From positions 1 through 64,000 of IMG/VR virus record IMGVR_UViG_3300037249_000698: a stretch of DNA of 64,000 bases; one strand, given 5' to 3'. Positions 9,666 to 18,324 of the stretch are shown piece by piece. A program made the position numbers and the translations under genes. Source of the DNA: a virus. Lineage: Duplodnaviria > Caudoviricetes. The notes under the pieces were generated by a model, which was not told the origin of the DNA, ran no database searches, and saw nothing but the letters and a program-made list of their open reading frames with translations. The first letter of the stretch is position 1. Each line of letters begins with the position of its first letter.

Positions 9666-10436
9666 TTAGAATGGTAAATCATCTAATTCGTTCTTTGGTG
9701 GTGTAGGTTCTTTTGAAACGTTATTAACTGGCGTACTGTTAAAATTGTTACCACCAAAATTATTGTTGCCTAAACCACCTGTCATTGAAACGCTGTTTAC
9801 AAGTTTTGCCTGTTCAGCGAGTTCTGCCTCCTTTTCCTTAATTACTTTCTGTAAATAAGTAAAATCTTTTCCGATACTTGTAGCAGGTAAACCTTTCCAA
9901 ATTTCGATACCGCTTTGCTTATTCTTGTTATACATAAAATACAGAGCATACTTAGGGTATATCTGACCGTTAGAACCCGTGTTTTCACCAGTCTTTACGA
10001 TACCCATGTAGATACGCTTATTACACAAGGCTTTGTACTGACGGATTGGCTTACCATCATAACCAATGACTTCTGTACCATCTTTCTTAGTCATATTGGT
10101 TTCCTCGCAACCATTACGATTATCGGTGATAAGTAACAGTTGGAAGATTTTTGTTTTTGCCTTTTCGTTAGTTTCATCTAAACTAAAATTAACCTTGAAC
10201 TTGCCTAACACATCTTCTGCCTTTGAGTATGCTACGCAAGTACATTCGATAATATCATTTGTAGCACCTGTATTGCTGTTTGTGAGAGTCTTTACAATAG
10301 CAGAACTAATCTCACAAGCGTACATTCCTGAACCTACCCATTCAAGCTCTTTAGTATCAACAAAGTTTCCACCGTTAGAGCCTGTGTCTAACATTTTTGT
10401 GACCTGATCATCAGTAGCGTTTATATTAAGATTCAT
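9666..10436 (-). CDS. putative ssDNA-binding protein
   Basis: G/N-rich linker and acidic DDLPF C-terminus; next to recombinase. Confidence 0.65.
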   Translation of the reverse strand: MNLNINATDDQVTKMLDTGSNGGNFVDTKELEWVGSGMYACEISSAIVKTLTNSNTGATNDIIECTCVAYSKAEDVLGKFKVNFSLDETNEKAKTKIFQLLLITDNRNGCEETNMTKKDGTEVIGYDGKPIRQYKALCNKRIYMGIVKTGENTGSNGQIYPKYALYFMYNKNKQSGIEIWKGLPATSIGKDFTYLQKVIKEKEAELAEQAKLVNSVSMTGGLGNNNFGGNNFNSTPVNNVSKEPTPPKNELDDLPF

Positions 10437-10495
10437 AATCTTTCCTTTAAATTGTTAACAATGTGAATAAATCGTATTATATTTTACAGGATTTG

Positions 10496-11377
10496 TCAAT
10501 CCTTTTGTTCGTCTTTTGATTCCGCATTTTTCTTCAATTCTTCTAATTCGGCTCGTCTTTTCTTAAATAAGTCTACAATTATAGAACTTTCTGCCATATT
10601 CATTTTAGGTTTGATTTCTTTGAAATACGCACCTAGTTTTTGAGTATCGTTGATATTAAGCAGTTCAGTCTTAATATCCTCTAACGGCGTGTATGAAATT
10701 GCTACAACATCCTCAACAGCCTTTTCAACCTTTTTTACGGTAGGCTGTGCAATAACGTTTGTGTACTGACTTGCAGGCTCGTTGCTGATTTCTCGTGCCT
10801 CCTCGGTTGTTATTACACCTTGTAGCACATCAGGGAATATATCTCGGAACGCATAAGTCTTGGCTCTCTGACTAGCCATTCTTTCAGGATATTTCGCCCA
10901 CACGCCCTTACCTAATAAACCTGCTCTCTGTGCCTGCTGTAATGAGAATGTGCGTGTTTCAGGCTTACTCATGTCTTTACGTTTGATTGTGCAGATAGCC
11001 GTGTTAGTGGCATAGTCAAAAGATTCCTCTTTGTAATCCATTAACCCTGACTTGTAGATAATCGCACCTAAAGCATCGCCCCATACTGTCATTTTGCCGT
11101 TAACAATCATTGTGCAATCGAGAGCTAATTTTGCACCGATACCCAGTGATTCACCATAGCTTATACACGCCATAGCCTCGTCTAACTTCTGCTCGGAAAT
11201 TTTATTATTGACCTTATCATCAACATAACGAGCAGGCAACACACCGTGTTCAAAACAGAAACGCAACTTCTCACGATACGCTTTTTGTTCGTCAATACTT
11301 AAAGTCTCTAAAGGTTTTGCAGGTGGATTTTCTAAGTCTATGTCTGCTACAATCACATCATTCTTTTCTTTTACCAT
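10496..11377 (-). CDS. RecT-like ssDNA annealing recombinase
   Basis: GESLGIG...IVNGK...WGDAL, AQRAGL, WAKYPERM, FRDIFPDVLQG. Confidence 0.85.
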   Translation of the reverse strand: MVKEKNDVIVADIDLENPPAKPLETLSIDEQKAYREKLRFCFEHGVLPARYVDDKVNNKISEQKLDEAMACISYGESLGIGAKLALDCTMIVNGKMTVWGDALGAIIYKSGLMDYKEESFDYATNTAICTIKRKDMSKPETRTFSLQQAQRAGLLGKGVWAKYPERMASQRAKTYAFRDIFPDVLQGVITTEEAREISNEPASQYTNVIAQPTVKKVEKAVEDVVAISYTPLEDIKTELLNINDTQKLGAYFKEIKPKMNMAESSIIVDLFKKRRAELEELKKNAESKDEQKD

Positions 11378-11380
11378 AAA

Positions 11381-12076
11381 TTACTCCTTGTAGTCAGGTA
11401 AGTCGTTTAACGCCATGATATTCTTAATATCCATACTGGATATAACGTTTTGCAATTCCAAAATTTTATCAGCTATAGTTCTGCTATTAAAACACGATAT
11501 TGCCACAAAAAACAACTTTAATTCTCTAGGGTCGGGATAAAACTTTTTCAGTAGTTTAATCATATACACCTTTGAATTGTTTTTATGATAAGCACTTCCT
11601 AAATATCCTGCAAGAGCAAAAAGAGCGTCAGGAATTAAAAATATATTGTGCTTAATTCTCTTAACAACATCCTCGACTTCTTCCGGAACTTTATCATCAA
11701 AAGAACTGACAACTATATCAACTGCTGGCTGATTTCCGTGTTTTACCTTGTATTCAGCAAACATAATTTCGCAGAATGACGGTGTTTTAAGCAGTAAATA
11801 CTGGTCATTTTTAAACACGTATAACTGATTTGAATATCGCTTAATTGCCATATTTGAATAAATGTCGATGCTGATAATTTTTGACTCGGCATTTTGAAAA
11901 CGTATATCGTTCTTATTTAATCGTTCAATAAGTGTTTTGCTATGAATTTCGTTAAACACATCGCTATAATCTTTCATGTAATATCTACCGTTGTATTTTG
12001 CAAGAACCTTATTAACAGGAACGCCCTGTTCCATAACCTTTACAAACACAACCTTTGCTAAATCTCTAATAATCAT
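11381..12076 (-). CDS. hypothetical protein
   Basis: 231 aa ORF, TAGGAG RBS. Confidence 0.75.
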   Translation of the reverse strand: MIIRDLAKVVFVKVMEQGVPVNKVLAKYNGRYYMKDYSDVFNEIHSKTLIERLNKNDIRFQNAESKIISIDIYSNMAIKRYSNQLYVFKNDQYLLLKTPSFCEIMFAEYKVKHGNQPAVDIVVSSFDDKVPEEVEDVVKRIKHNIFLIPDALFALAGYLGSAYHKNNSKVYMIKLLKKFYPDPRELKLFFVAISCFNSRTIADKILELQNVISSMDIKNIMALNDLPDYKE

Positions 12077-12084
12077 GTGTTCTC

Positions 12085-12558
12085 CTAATCTAAAAACATA
12101 ATATCGCTGTTATCAAATTCAAAGTCCGTATCACCGTTTAAGAGGCGTAACTTAACTTCGGGTAATATCTTGCTATCCATAAAATCTGAAAACTTATCTG
12201 TATCTTTATTGCACTTGTACCAATATGTATAAATAGTGTTAACCGTGTAACCAGTTACTTTTGACAAAGTTCTAGCAGGAACTACTTTTCCGTGATACAT
12301 AATTTTGCAGTTACCGTTACTAAACATTTGCTCTTTCTGTAAATCGTTCTTAAATGGTATTTCGTTTAAACCCCATGTTTTTACAACTTTATCGTTTGGG
12401 ATTAAGACTATGTTATTAGTAAATCCACCCTCTGATAAAAAACCGTTATTCTTTGAGACTACTCCCATAACGCTTTCCCAATCGATAACCCCATCAATTA
12501 TTTGTTTTGCTAGATAGTTGTTCAAGACAGCATACGAAACATCTCTAATCTTCTTCAT
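12085..12558 (-). CDS. hypothetical protein, possible HTH
   Basis: LSKVTGYTVNTIY HTH-like. Confidence 0.65.
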   Translation of the reverse strand: MKKIRDVSYAVLNNYLAKQIIDGVIDWESVMGVVSKNNGFLSEGGFTNNIVLIPNDKVVKTWGLNEIPFKNDLQKEQMFSNGNCKIMYHGKVVPARTLSKVTGYTVNTIYTYWYKCNKDTDKFSDFMDSKILPEVKLRLLNGDTDFEFDNSDIMFLD

Positions 12559-13039
12559 TTACGACTCCATATTTTTCCATGTTCATTAGTATTTTATGCA
12601 ATTCCTCTATTGTTTGCATCATACTAATAAATAAATCTTTATTTGTATCACATATTTTATAAAATAGTTTTTGTTTTAAACACATTAATTCTGCGATTGG
12701 TTTATTGTCACTGTTATAAAATTTCATTTTTAACAACGGTACTATAAACTCTGTTTTTCTCAAATCGTTCATATACTGTTGATAATTACATGATATTAAA
12801 TCAGACAATATTTTGACAGAACGTTTTATATTATCCTGATTTTCTAGTATCACATCATGTAATTTATTAACAACTGGCTTATCCCATTCAGCAACGCCTA
12901 ATTTTATATGCTCAATTTGTTTAGGCGTGATACCTATATATTTATATAGCACTGTTGGTTTTATGTGTATCAAGTGACAAATGTTAATCAAGTCGGCATA
13001 ATTCAACAGTGTCATATCGTAGTTTGTGTAGTAAAGCAT
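12545..13039 (-). CDS. hypothetical protein
   Basis: ORF with AAGGAA RBS. Confidence 0.65.
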   Translation of the reverse strand: MLYYTNYDMTLLNYADLINICHLIHIKPTVLYKYIGITPKQIEHIKLGVAEWDKPVVNKLHDVILENQDNIKRSVKILSDLISCNYQQYMNDLRKTEFIVPLLKMKFYNSDNKPIAELMCLKQKLFYKICDTNKDLFISMMQTIEELHKILMNMEKYGVVNEED

Positions 13040-13047
13040 TTTATTCC

Positions 13048-13782
13048 TTACAGCGGTAAATCTTCATAATCCTTATCAAGTCTTAATCTCACAAGTCTAG
13101 GGAATCTGAATTTGCCGTTAACTGTAATTTCACGATAACCCACTTGAATGATTTTTCCGATATATTTATCTTTGTTATCGTAAAGTTCTTTTCTGAACTC
13201 CATATCTGACATATCAGGTTGTAACAGGAACGATGCTACTTTACCCATTTTAGTTTTGATAGAACCCGCAACGTTTTCGTATTTACCGTTGCCCTTGTTT
13301 ATATCGTCTATACGGATGTCGGCAAATTTTTCAGGAACGACTTTTATCCAGTTATTTCTAGCAACTTCACGTAAGACAATTCCCTCATATCCGAGTTCGT
13401 TAGCCTTTTTGAGTAATGCTCTTATAGTATCTGCGGTAGGGTCTACAACTCTGCCGATAAACAATCTTGTATCAACACGGTCAGGCGTAAGCTCATAAAA
13501 CATGCTTTGATTGAAAGGTATATCAGGTTCTTTACTGTTATTGAGCATAGAAGATGTCGTGTTAAAGTCCTTGTAAAAGAACTCTGCATCATCAAACTTA
13601 AAACGTTCAAGATTATGCTTTACGAGTTCTGATTTACGTGAGTAGATACGACCGTCTTTACCACGAATACATCTAATACCGTCAATTTTGTAAGTTGCGA
13701 CAAAAATTCCTTTTAGGTCTGTATCTTCCCAATAGTTAGCCTTAATCCACTTTGTACCATCATCTAATATCTTAGTTGTCAT
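13048..13782 (-). CDS. minimal ATP-dependent DNA ligase
   Basis: KIDGIRC, EGIVLR, WIKV, OB tail FRFPRLVRLR. Confidence 0.85.
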   Translation of the reverse strand: MTTKILDDGTKWIKANYWEDTDLKGIFVATYKIDGIRCIRGKDGRIYSRKSELVKHNLERFKFDDAEFFYKDFNTTSSMLNNSKEPDIPFNQSMFYELTPDRVDTRLFIGRVVDPTADTIRALLKKANELGYEGIVLREVARNNWIKVVPEKFADIRIDDINKGNGKYENVAGSIKTKMGKVASFLLQPDMSDMEFRKELYDNKDKYIGKIIQVGYREITVNGKFRFPRLVRLRLDKDYEDLPL

Positions 13783-13824
13783 AATAATTCCTTTTGATAA
13801 AACTTGTTTGTGAAAACAAGTGAT

Positions 13825-13853
13825 ATTATACGACAAGTATTATACATCGTCAA
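13825..13853 (-). promoter_or_regulatory. sigma70 promoter for replication operon
   Basis: TTGACG-N17-TATAAT. Confidence 0.8.
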
Positions 13854-13894
13854 TAGTTATTTTTAATATTTTTAATTTTGTAAATAGTTTGAGC

Positions 13895-13924
13895 AAAAAA
13901 AATGCCCACTCAAAAGAGTGGGCA
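13895..13924 (-). terminator. terminator of tRNA/ncRNA transcript
   Basis: TGCCCACTC-aaaa-GAGTGGGCA with A8. Confidence 0.9.
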
Positions 13925-14135
13925 AAATGGAGTATAACACATGATTAACGAATTTGGAAAGCACACCTAGCACTATACCAACAGGAAAGCAATTAATAAA
14001 CACAATGCCGATGTGCTTTCTAAATTCTAGGTGAGATACAGGTAGCTAAGGAGAAAACAATGAAAGAAAAAACTACCTGTATCTCCTGCCTATTTTATTT
14101 TACTTTGCATAGGCGGGCAAAGTAGGAGTATATAT
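13925..14135 (-). ncRNA. candidate multi-hairpin sRNA with anti-SD/anti-AUG loops
   Basis: 16-bp and 13-bp stems; loops/linkers complementary to RBS+ATG. Confidence 0.55.
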
Positions 14136-14258
14136 TTAAAAATACCAATCATCTTCGGGTATCTTTTCGTTTTCTTTAATTCTATCGTATATGCTCTTAT
14201 AATAACACACTCCACATATAATTGCAAGAACTATTAAAGAAATAATTGCGATACCCAT
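14136..14258 (-). CDS. small membrane protein (40 aa, not in ORF track)
   Basis: GGAGAA RBS; MGIAIISLIVLAIICGVCYYKSIYDRIKENEKIPEDDWYF. Confidence 0.65.
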   Translation of the reverse strand: MGIAIISLIVLAIICGVCYYKSIYDRIKENEKIPEDDWYF

Positions 14259-14275
14259 AAAATTCTCCAAAATTT

Positions 14276-14364
14276 TGGCGGTGAGTGCAGGGATCGAACC
14301 TGCAAAACGCTTTTCAACGTTTACGGATTAGCAATCCGCTGTAATACCATTATACGAACTCACC
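14276..14364 (-). tRNA. tRNA-Ser(GCT)
   Basis: cloverleaf, long variable arm, GTTCGA, encoded CCA. Confidence 0.9.
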
Positions 14365-14370
14365 TGTTAA

Positions 14371-14458
14371 TGGCGGTAGATAAAGGACTCGAACCTTTAA
14401 GCCGTTTCCGACAGACAGTTTTCAAGACTGTTGCATTTACCAACTCTGCCAATCTACC
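14371..14458 (-). tRNA. tRNA-Ser(TGA)
   Basis: ACAGT-CTTGAAA-ACTGT, long variable arm, CCA. Confidence 0.92.
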
Positions 14459-14465
14459 ACATCGG

Positions 14466-14608
14466 TAATGGTTAGTGTGGATTCTATCGGCTGATCGTTT
14501 CCAATCCTACCACTGTAATATCCATGTACCCTATATTACGTAATTCAAATATTTAGGATATTACATTATCTTATCCTCTGCAATTTTCTACGGAGGCTCT
14601 AACCATTA
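14466..14608. ncRNA. candidate multibranch structured RNA
   Basis: closing stem TAATGGTTAG/CTAACCATTA plus three internal stems. Confidence 0.45.
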
Positions 14609-14644
14609 GTATGCACTATCGTATTAAACAATAACGCATAGTAA

Positions 14645-14747
14645 TGGTGGGGCGTACAGGAATTGAACCTGTTATTACCTCCCTCTCTTTGTACTTAAAC
14701 AAAGAAGAGATAACGGAGATGATGATAACCATTGTCACTAACGCCCC
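14645..14747 (-). ncRNA. tRNA-like RNA with extended anticodon arm
   Basis: perfect acceptor stem+ACCA and T-arm; no canonical anticodon loop. Confidence 0.7.
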
Positions 14748-14820
14748 AAATATCCGTTGATTACACTGGCTCAACGGAAAGCCTTGATAACCACAAGCAA
14801 TAAGCAAATGGTCTAGTAAA

Positions 14821-14905
14821 TGGTGGAGAGAGGTGGAGTCGAACCAACCGAACCACGAGGGAACAGATTTACAGTCTGTCGCATTTACCGTTCTGCAATC
14901 TCTCC
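14821..14905 (-). tRNA. tRNA-Tyr(GTA)
   Basis: ACAGA-CTGTAAA-TCTGT, CCA. Confidence 0.9.
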
Positions 14906-14907
14906 TA

Positions 14908-14982
14908 TATCACAGCGATAGGAATCGAGCCAACGACCTATGGTATCTTCAGTCCATCGCTCTACCATTGAGCTACATCATC
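14908..14982 (-). pseudogene. degenerate tRNA-Phe(GAA)
   Basis: intact D-arm TAGCTCAATGGTAGAGC and CTGAAGA loop; broken T-arm/acceptor, no CCA. Confidence 0.6.
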
Positions 14983-15065
14983 AATTTATCGTGTACGGTT
15001 ATTTTTCACGATGATACCGCAAAACATCTCAATGCCTTGATTGCAAGAATCAAGTCCTCTTAAAC

Positions 15066-15141
15066 TGGCTGGGGCAGGTGGGTACGATCCACCGCATGAC
15101 GGTATCAAAAACCGTTGCCTTACCAACTTGGCTATACCCCA
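15066..15141 (-). tRNA. tRNA-Gln(TTG)
   Basis: ACGGT-TTTTGAT-ACCGT, CCA; atypical T-loop ATCGTAC. Confidence 0.88.
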
Positions 15142-15147
15142 AATTCA

Positions 15148-15431
15148 TTATAGAGTGCATTTTACCAACCATAAGGGAGTAGCATCTTTCGGATCGGATA
15201 TAAGTATTACAAGGTAAAATGCACTTTATAACAAACTTGTGTGACGTAAAAAGACTTTCTGAAAAATCGCCACTTTAAAGACATTCCGGAATATCTTTAA
15301 ATATTTTCATTTCAAAAGACCCTTTCTGCTACACTTCCATTGTGACAAGTCAATGGTCAAACGTGATGAGTGGGTTCGTTACTACTAAGCAGGAGTTAGA
15401 CTTAGTAATGGTTTGCAATCAGCTAAACCAT
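15148..15431 (-). ncRNA. structured leader/ncRNAs of tRNA operon
   Basis: 19-bp stem 15148-15231 plus several hairpins; two loops carry anti-SD. Confidence 0.45.
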
Positions 15432-15438
15432 GATTAGT

Positions 15439-15466
15439 ATTATACACGGTTTTTAAGTTTATGCAA
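15439..15466 (-). promoter_or_regulatory. promoter of tRNA/ncRNA operon
   Basis: TTGCAT-N16-TATAAT. Confidence 0.7.
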
Positions 15467-15513
15467 ATCTTTTTTAAAAAAATTTTCTAATCGTATGCAA
15501 AATAATCAGAAAA

Positions 15514-16116
15514 TTAGATCCACTTCAAAATTGTATCGCCTTTATATCCCTTTTCCCATACAAACCATGCGTAACACATCATGCTACCATTTTTAGATTT
15601 AATCCCATCTTTCTCACATTTTATTCGTTCGCTAAAAATAAAAACAAATTTAGGTGGATGTTCATAAAACAATGATTTACGAGATTTGCTTTCTAAAAAC
15701 TGTATTCTTTGTAACGAGCATAAATACTCGCCGTTCTGCAATATATTGTTTAAGCCGTGTTCTATAAACTGTTGTGAATGTTTGAAAGGTGGATTTTCAA
15801 CAATCATAATCGTTTCGTGTTTGGGAACGCAACGCTCCACAAAACGATAATCTTTTAATATTGTGTTTTGCCAACCTCTGTCAACAATGTCATATCCGAT
15901 AACTTTTCTACCAGTATCTTCAAAAACATTTGCTATTGAACCTCTGCCAACTGAACTGTCAATTATGGTCGCAGGTATAGGAATATAATTTTCAGCTAAT
16001 TTTTCAATTAGCTTTTTTACGGCAAAAGGATCAGTCTCATAAAAATCGTCTTGCTGTCGGTCTTGTCTCGCTCTAACGCCAAAACTTTTAAAGCCACTAT
16101 CACTCATTCTAATCAC
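15514..16116 (-). CDS. DNA N6-adenine methyltransferase
   Basis: DDFYET, DSSVGRG, VENPPF. Confidence 0.8.
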   Translation of the reverse strand: MIRMSDSGFKSFGVRARQDRQQDDFYETDPFAVKKLIEKLAENYIPIPATIIDSSVGRGSIANVFEDTGRKVIGYDIVDRGWQNTILKDYRFVERCVPKHETIMIVENPPFKHSQQFIEHGLNNILQNGEYLCSLQRIQFLESKSRKSLFYEHPPKFVFIFSERIKCEKDGIKSKNGSMMCYAWFVWEKGYKGDTILKWI

Positions 16117-16333
16117 CGTTTAATTTTCTTCTTATAAAATGTTTCATTAAAATTTTTTCGTGTTTTTCTTTGTCGTGCTTTTTTACAAATTTTTCTAACT
16201 CACCCATCACTTCAAGCAGACATCTGTAACGTTCAGTAGATGTTACCATGCTAGATAATAAATCGCCTGCCTGCTCTACATTTAATCTAAGTGTTATTTC
16301 TTTCACATCTGATTCGGTCTGTGTTTTTGCCAT
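16109..16333 (-). CDS. hypothetical protein
   Basis: operonic ORF. Confidence 0.6.
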   Translation of the reverse strand: MAKTQTESDVKEITLRLNVEQAGDLLSSMVTSTERYRCLLEVMGELEKFVKKHDKEKHEKILMKHFIRRKLNGD

Positions 16334-16346
16334 TACTCATCTCTCA

Positions 16347-16919
16347 TTATATAAAATCTTTAATGTTGAACTTATACTTATGGTCGGTATTATCAATTAC
16401 TATGTCAGCATCTATAACATCTGTTAGCAGTTCTGATTCGTGCTTTGATGATTTAATTGTGCTGTTATTGATAACCTTGACAACCTTAACGTTATAATCT
16501 GTAAGATTATACAAATCGTACAGCTTTATATAGTCTACAACGTCTAACTCATTTGGAAAACGATAATCGGTAATCAGATAATAATTGTAGTCAGTATTCA
16601 CGATTCTAGTTGCTACAAATTTTATCCAATAATCCTTATCAACATGTTTCCGTATTATATCTGTACCGAATCGTTGCAGGATTTCTCTCATTGTTGTGCC
16701 GTTAGCGGTAAATGGCTGTTCATTCAATTTCCATTTGTCGACTTCCTCTATCGGCATATCGAATAGAGTGCTGATAAAGGATTTCAGTTTGTATGCAAAA
16801 GACAATTCAAGAACGGTTTTATGCTCGCTTGTTAACGCCTTGTTTAACTCACGAGCAATATAATTTTTACCTGATTGTGCTTTACCAGTAAACAGATAAA
16901 TAGTCTTTATATTGCTCAT
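16347..16919 (-). CDS. deoxynucleoside monophosphate kinase
   Basis: GKAQSGKN, SFAYKLK, REILQRFGTD, ITDYRFPNE, HESE. Confidence 0.88.
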   Translation of the reverse strand: MSNIKTIYLFTGKAQSGKNYIARELNKALTSEHKTVLELSFAYKLKSFISTLFDMPIEEVDKWKLNEQPFTANGTTMREILQRFGTDIIRKHVDKDYWIKFVATRIVNTDYNYYLITDYRFPNELDVVDYIKLYDLYNLTDYNVKVVKVINNSTIKSSKHESELLTDVIDADIVIDNTDHKYKFNIKDFI

Positions 16920-17094
16920 AGATTTTATCCTAACCAAACGTGAATACAATTCAAACCATCGGTAATTTTGTGTACTTCTCTGAACGGAAAATCGCATATA
17001 AGAAAATCGTTTCTCTTACCGCTTTTAACAATGTTATTACAATGTACCTCTAACGTTAGATTAGGACTAACAACGCACAGCAAATCAAAAAATT

Positions 17095-17430
17095 TCATTC
17101 CAAATTACCCAAACCCTTTTTATCACATAACTGACGTAAGATTGTAAGCATCGCTCGTTTAAAATGAGCATCTACATTATACTCGTTTATTAAATCCATT
17201 TCATTTTTAATCAGAACTTCCTGCTCTGATGTACTCATGGCGTAGAATAACTTTCTCATTCGCTTAATTATTCTAAAACCTTTATGAGTAACTTTCTGAA
17301 TATCCTGTAAATCGTTAGCTTTAATTTTGTACCACAACTCTCTTGAAGTATCAATCATAAGTTGTGAATAGTGTTTACCTAGTCTAATCTTTTCCTCTGT
17401 CGGCAGAGAGGTTAATTTGTGAGTGTTCAT
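17095..17430 (-). CDS. hypothetical protein
   Basis: operonic ORF. Confidence 0.65.
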   Translation of the reverse strand: MNTHKLTSLPTEEKIRLGKHYSQLMIDTSRELWYKIKANDLQDIQKVTHKGFRIIKRMRKLFYAMSTSEQEVLIKNEMDLINEYNVDAHFKRAMLTILRQLCDKKGLGNLE

Positions 17431-17732
17431 GTTTCGCTATCCTTAATAATCTCTTTACAACGCTTGTATATCCATGTTTTGAGTTTGTTAAAGCTGTCTA
17501 ATTGTGAACCTGTTATAAGATAATCATCAATAATGCTTAACCATATCTTGTATCTGAACAATAGTTCATAATCGTCTAAATTTTTACCATTAACAAGTTT
17601 TAAAAGCTCAAAAATTGCAAATCTAACCTCATAAACTGTAACGTCTACGTTTATTTTATCAATATAATTCCACAGTGACATTAGAGCAAGATAACCGTGT
17701 TCTAAACCGTTTAATTCAACTGATTTATCCAT
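17427..17732 (-). CDS. hypothetical protein
   Basis: operonic ORF. Confidence 0.65.
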   Translation of the reverse strand: MDKSVELNGLEHGYLALMSLWNYIDKINVDVTVYEVRFAIFELLKLVNGKNLDDYELLFRYKIWLSIIDDYLITGSQLDSFNKLKTWIYKRCKEIIKDSET

Positions 17733-18019
17733 TCATTTAACCTCTTTTCTAATTTCTCTGATAGTTCACCAACAGTATTGTCTAAAGACATTCCTAAAGT
17801 GTCTACCACAACATAAAATTCCTGCAAATTAGTTTCGGTTCTTAATTTATTAACCTTGTCTGACAACAGTTCTAAATCGGCTGGATATAACTTTGTTTCC
17901 TCTTGTAACGATACTAGTAAACTTGCTAAAGTTCTATTTGGATTTAAACCGCTGATTTTGCAATAAAAGCTATACAGATACAAAAATATTGTCTGATTCG
18001 CCAACTTACTTATTTTCAT
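17711..18019 (-). CDS. hypothetical protein
   Basis: operonic ORF. Confidence 0.65.
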   Translation of the reverse strand: MKISKLANQTIFLYLYSFYCKISGLNPNRTLASLLVSLQEETKLYPADLELLSDKVNKLRTETNLQEFYVVVDTLGMSLDNTVGELSEKLEKRLNEWINQLN

Positions 18020-18324
18020 TGTTCATCCTTAAACATATCTTGCTGTACCACACCTTGTTGCTGAACATCGCTAAACGGTAACGATGCCTGCTGTGTAATA
18101 AATTCGTTCTCATCTACAAAAATATCATCGTGAACGGATTTGGTAATTATTGCATTATCAACAACCGTATCAGAACTTTCGATAATACCAAATTTAGACA
18201 GTTCTTCATCAACATCATGCGGATGGTTATCAGCATCGGGATCACCGACCATTCTGTTTAACATGATAGAATCTTTAATAACTGTTTTGAAATAATCTTC
18301 GGGAACAACGTAATATCTAGTCAT
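18016..18324 (-). CDS. hypothetical protein
   Basis: AAGGAG RBS; N-terminus like 18811-19155. Confidence 0.7.
   Translation of the reverse strand: MTRYYVVPEDYFKTVIKDSIMLNRMVGDPDADNHPHDVDEELSKFGIIESSDTVVDNAIITKSVHDDIFVDENEFITQQASLPFSDVQQQGVVQQDMFKDEQ

Noticed and set aside
13929-14125. Plus-strand genes behind the RBS+ATG copies
   Set aside because: Those at 13941 and 14060 give only 9 and 21 codons and run against the promoter, tRNAs and terminator.
14645-14747. tmRNA
   Set aside because: GGGGC start but no G3-U70 pair, no tag ORF and far too short.
14616-15063. ORFs 14616-14807 and 14833-15063
   Set aside because: They overlap tRNA genes and lack an RBS.
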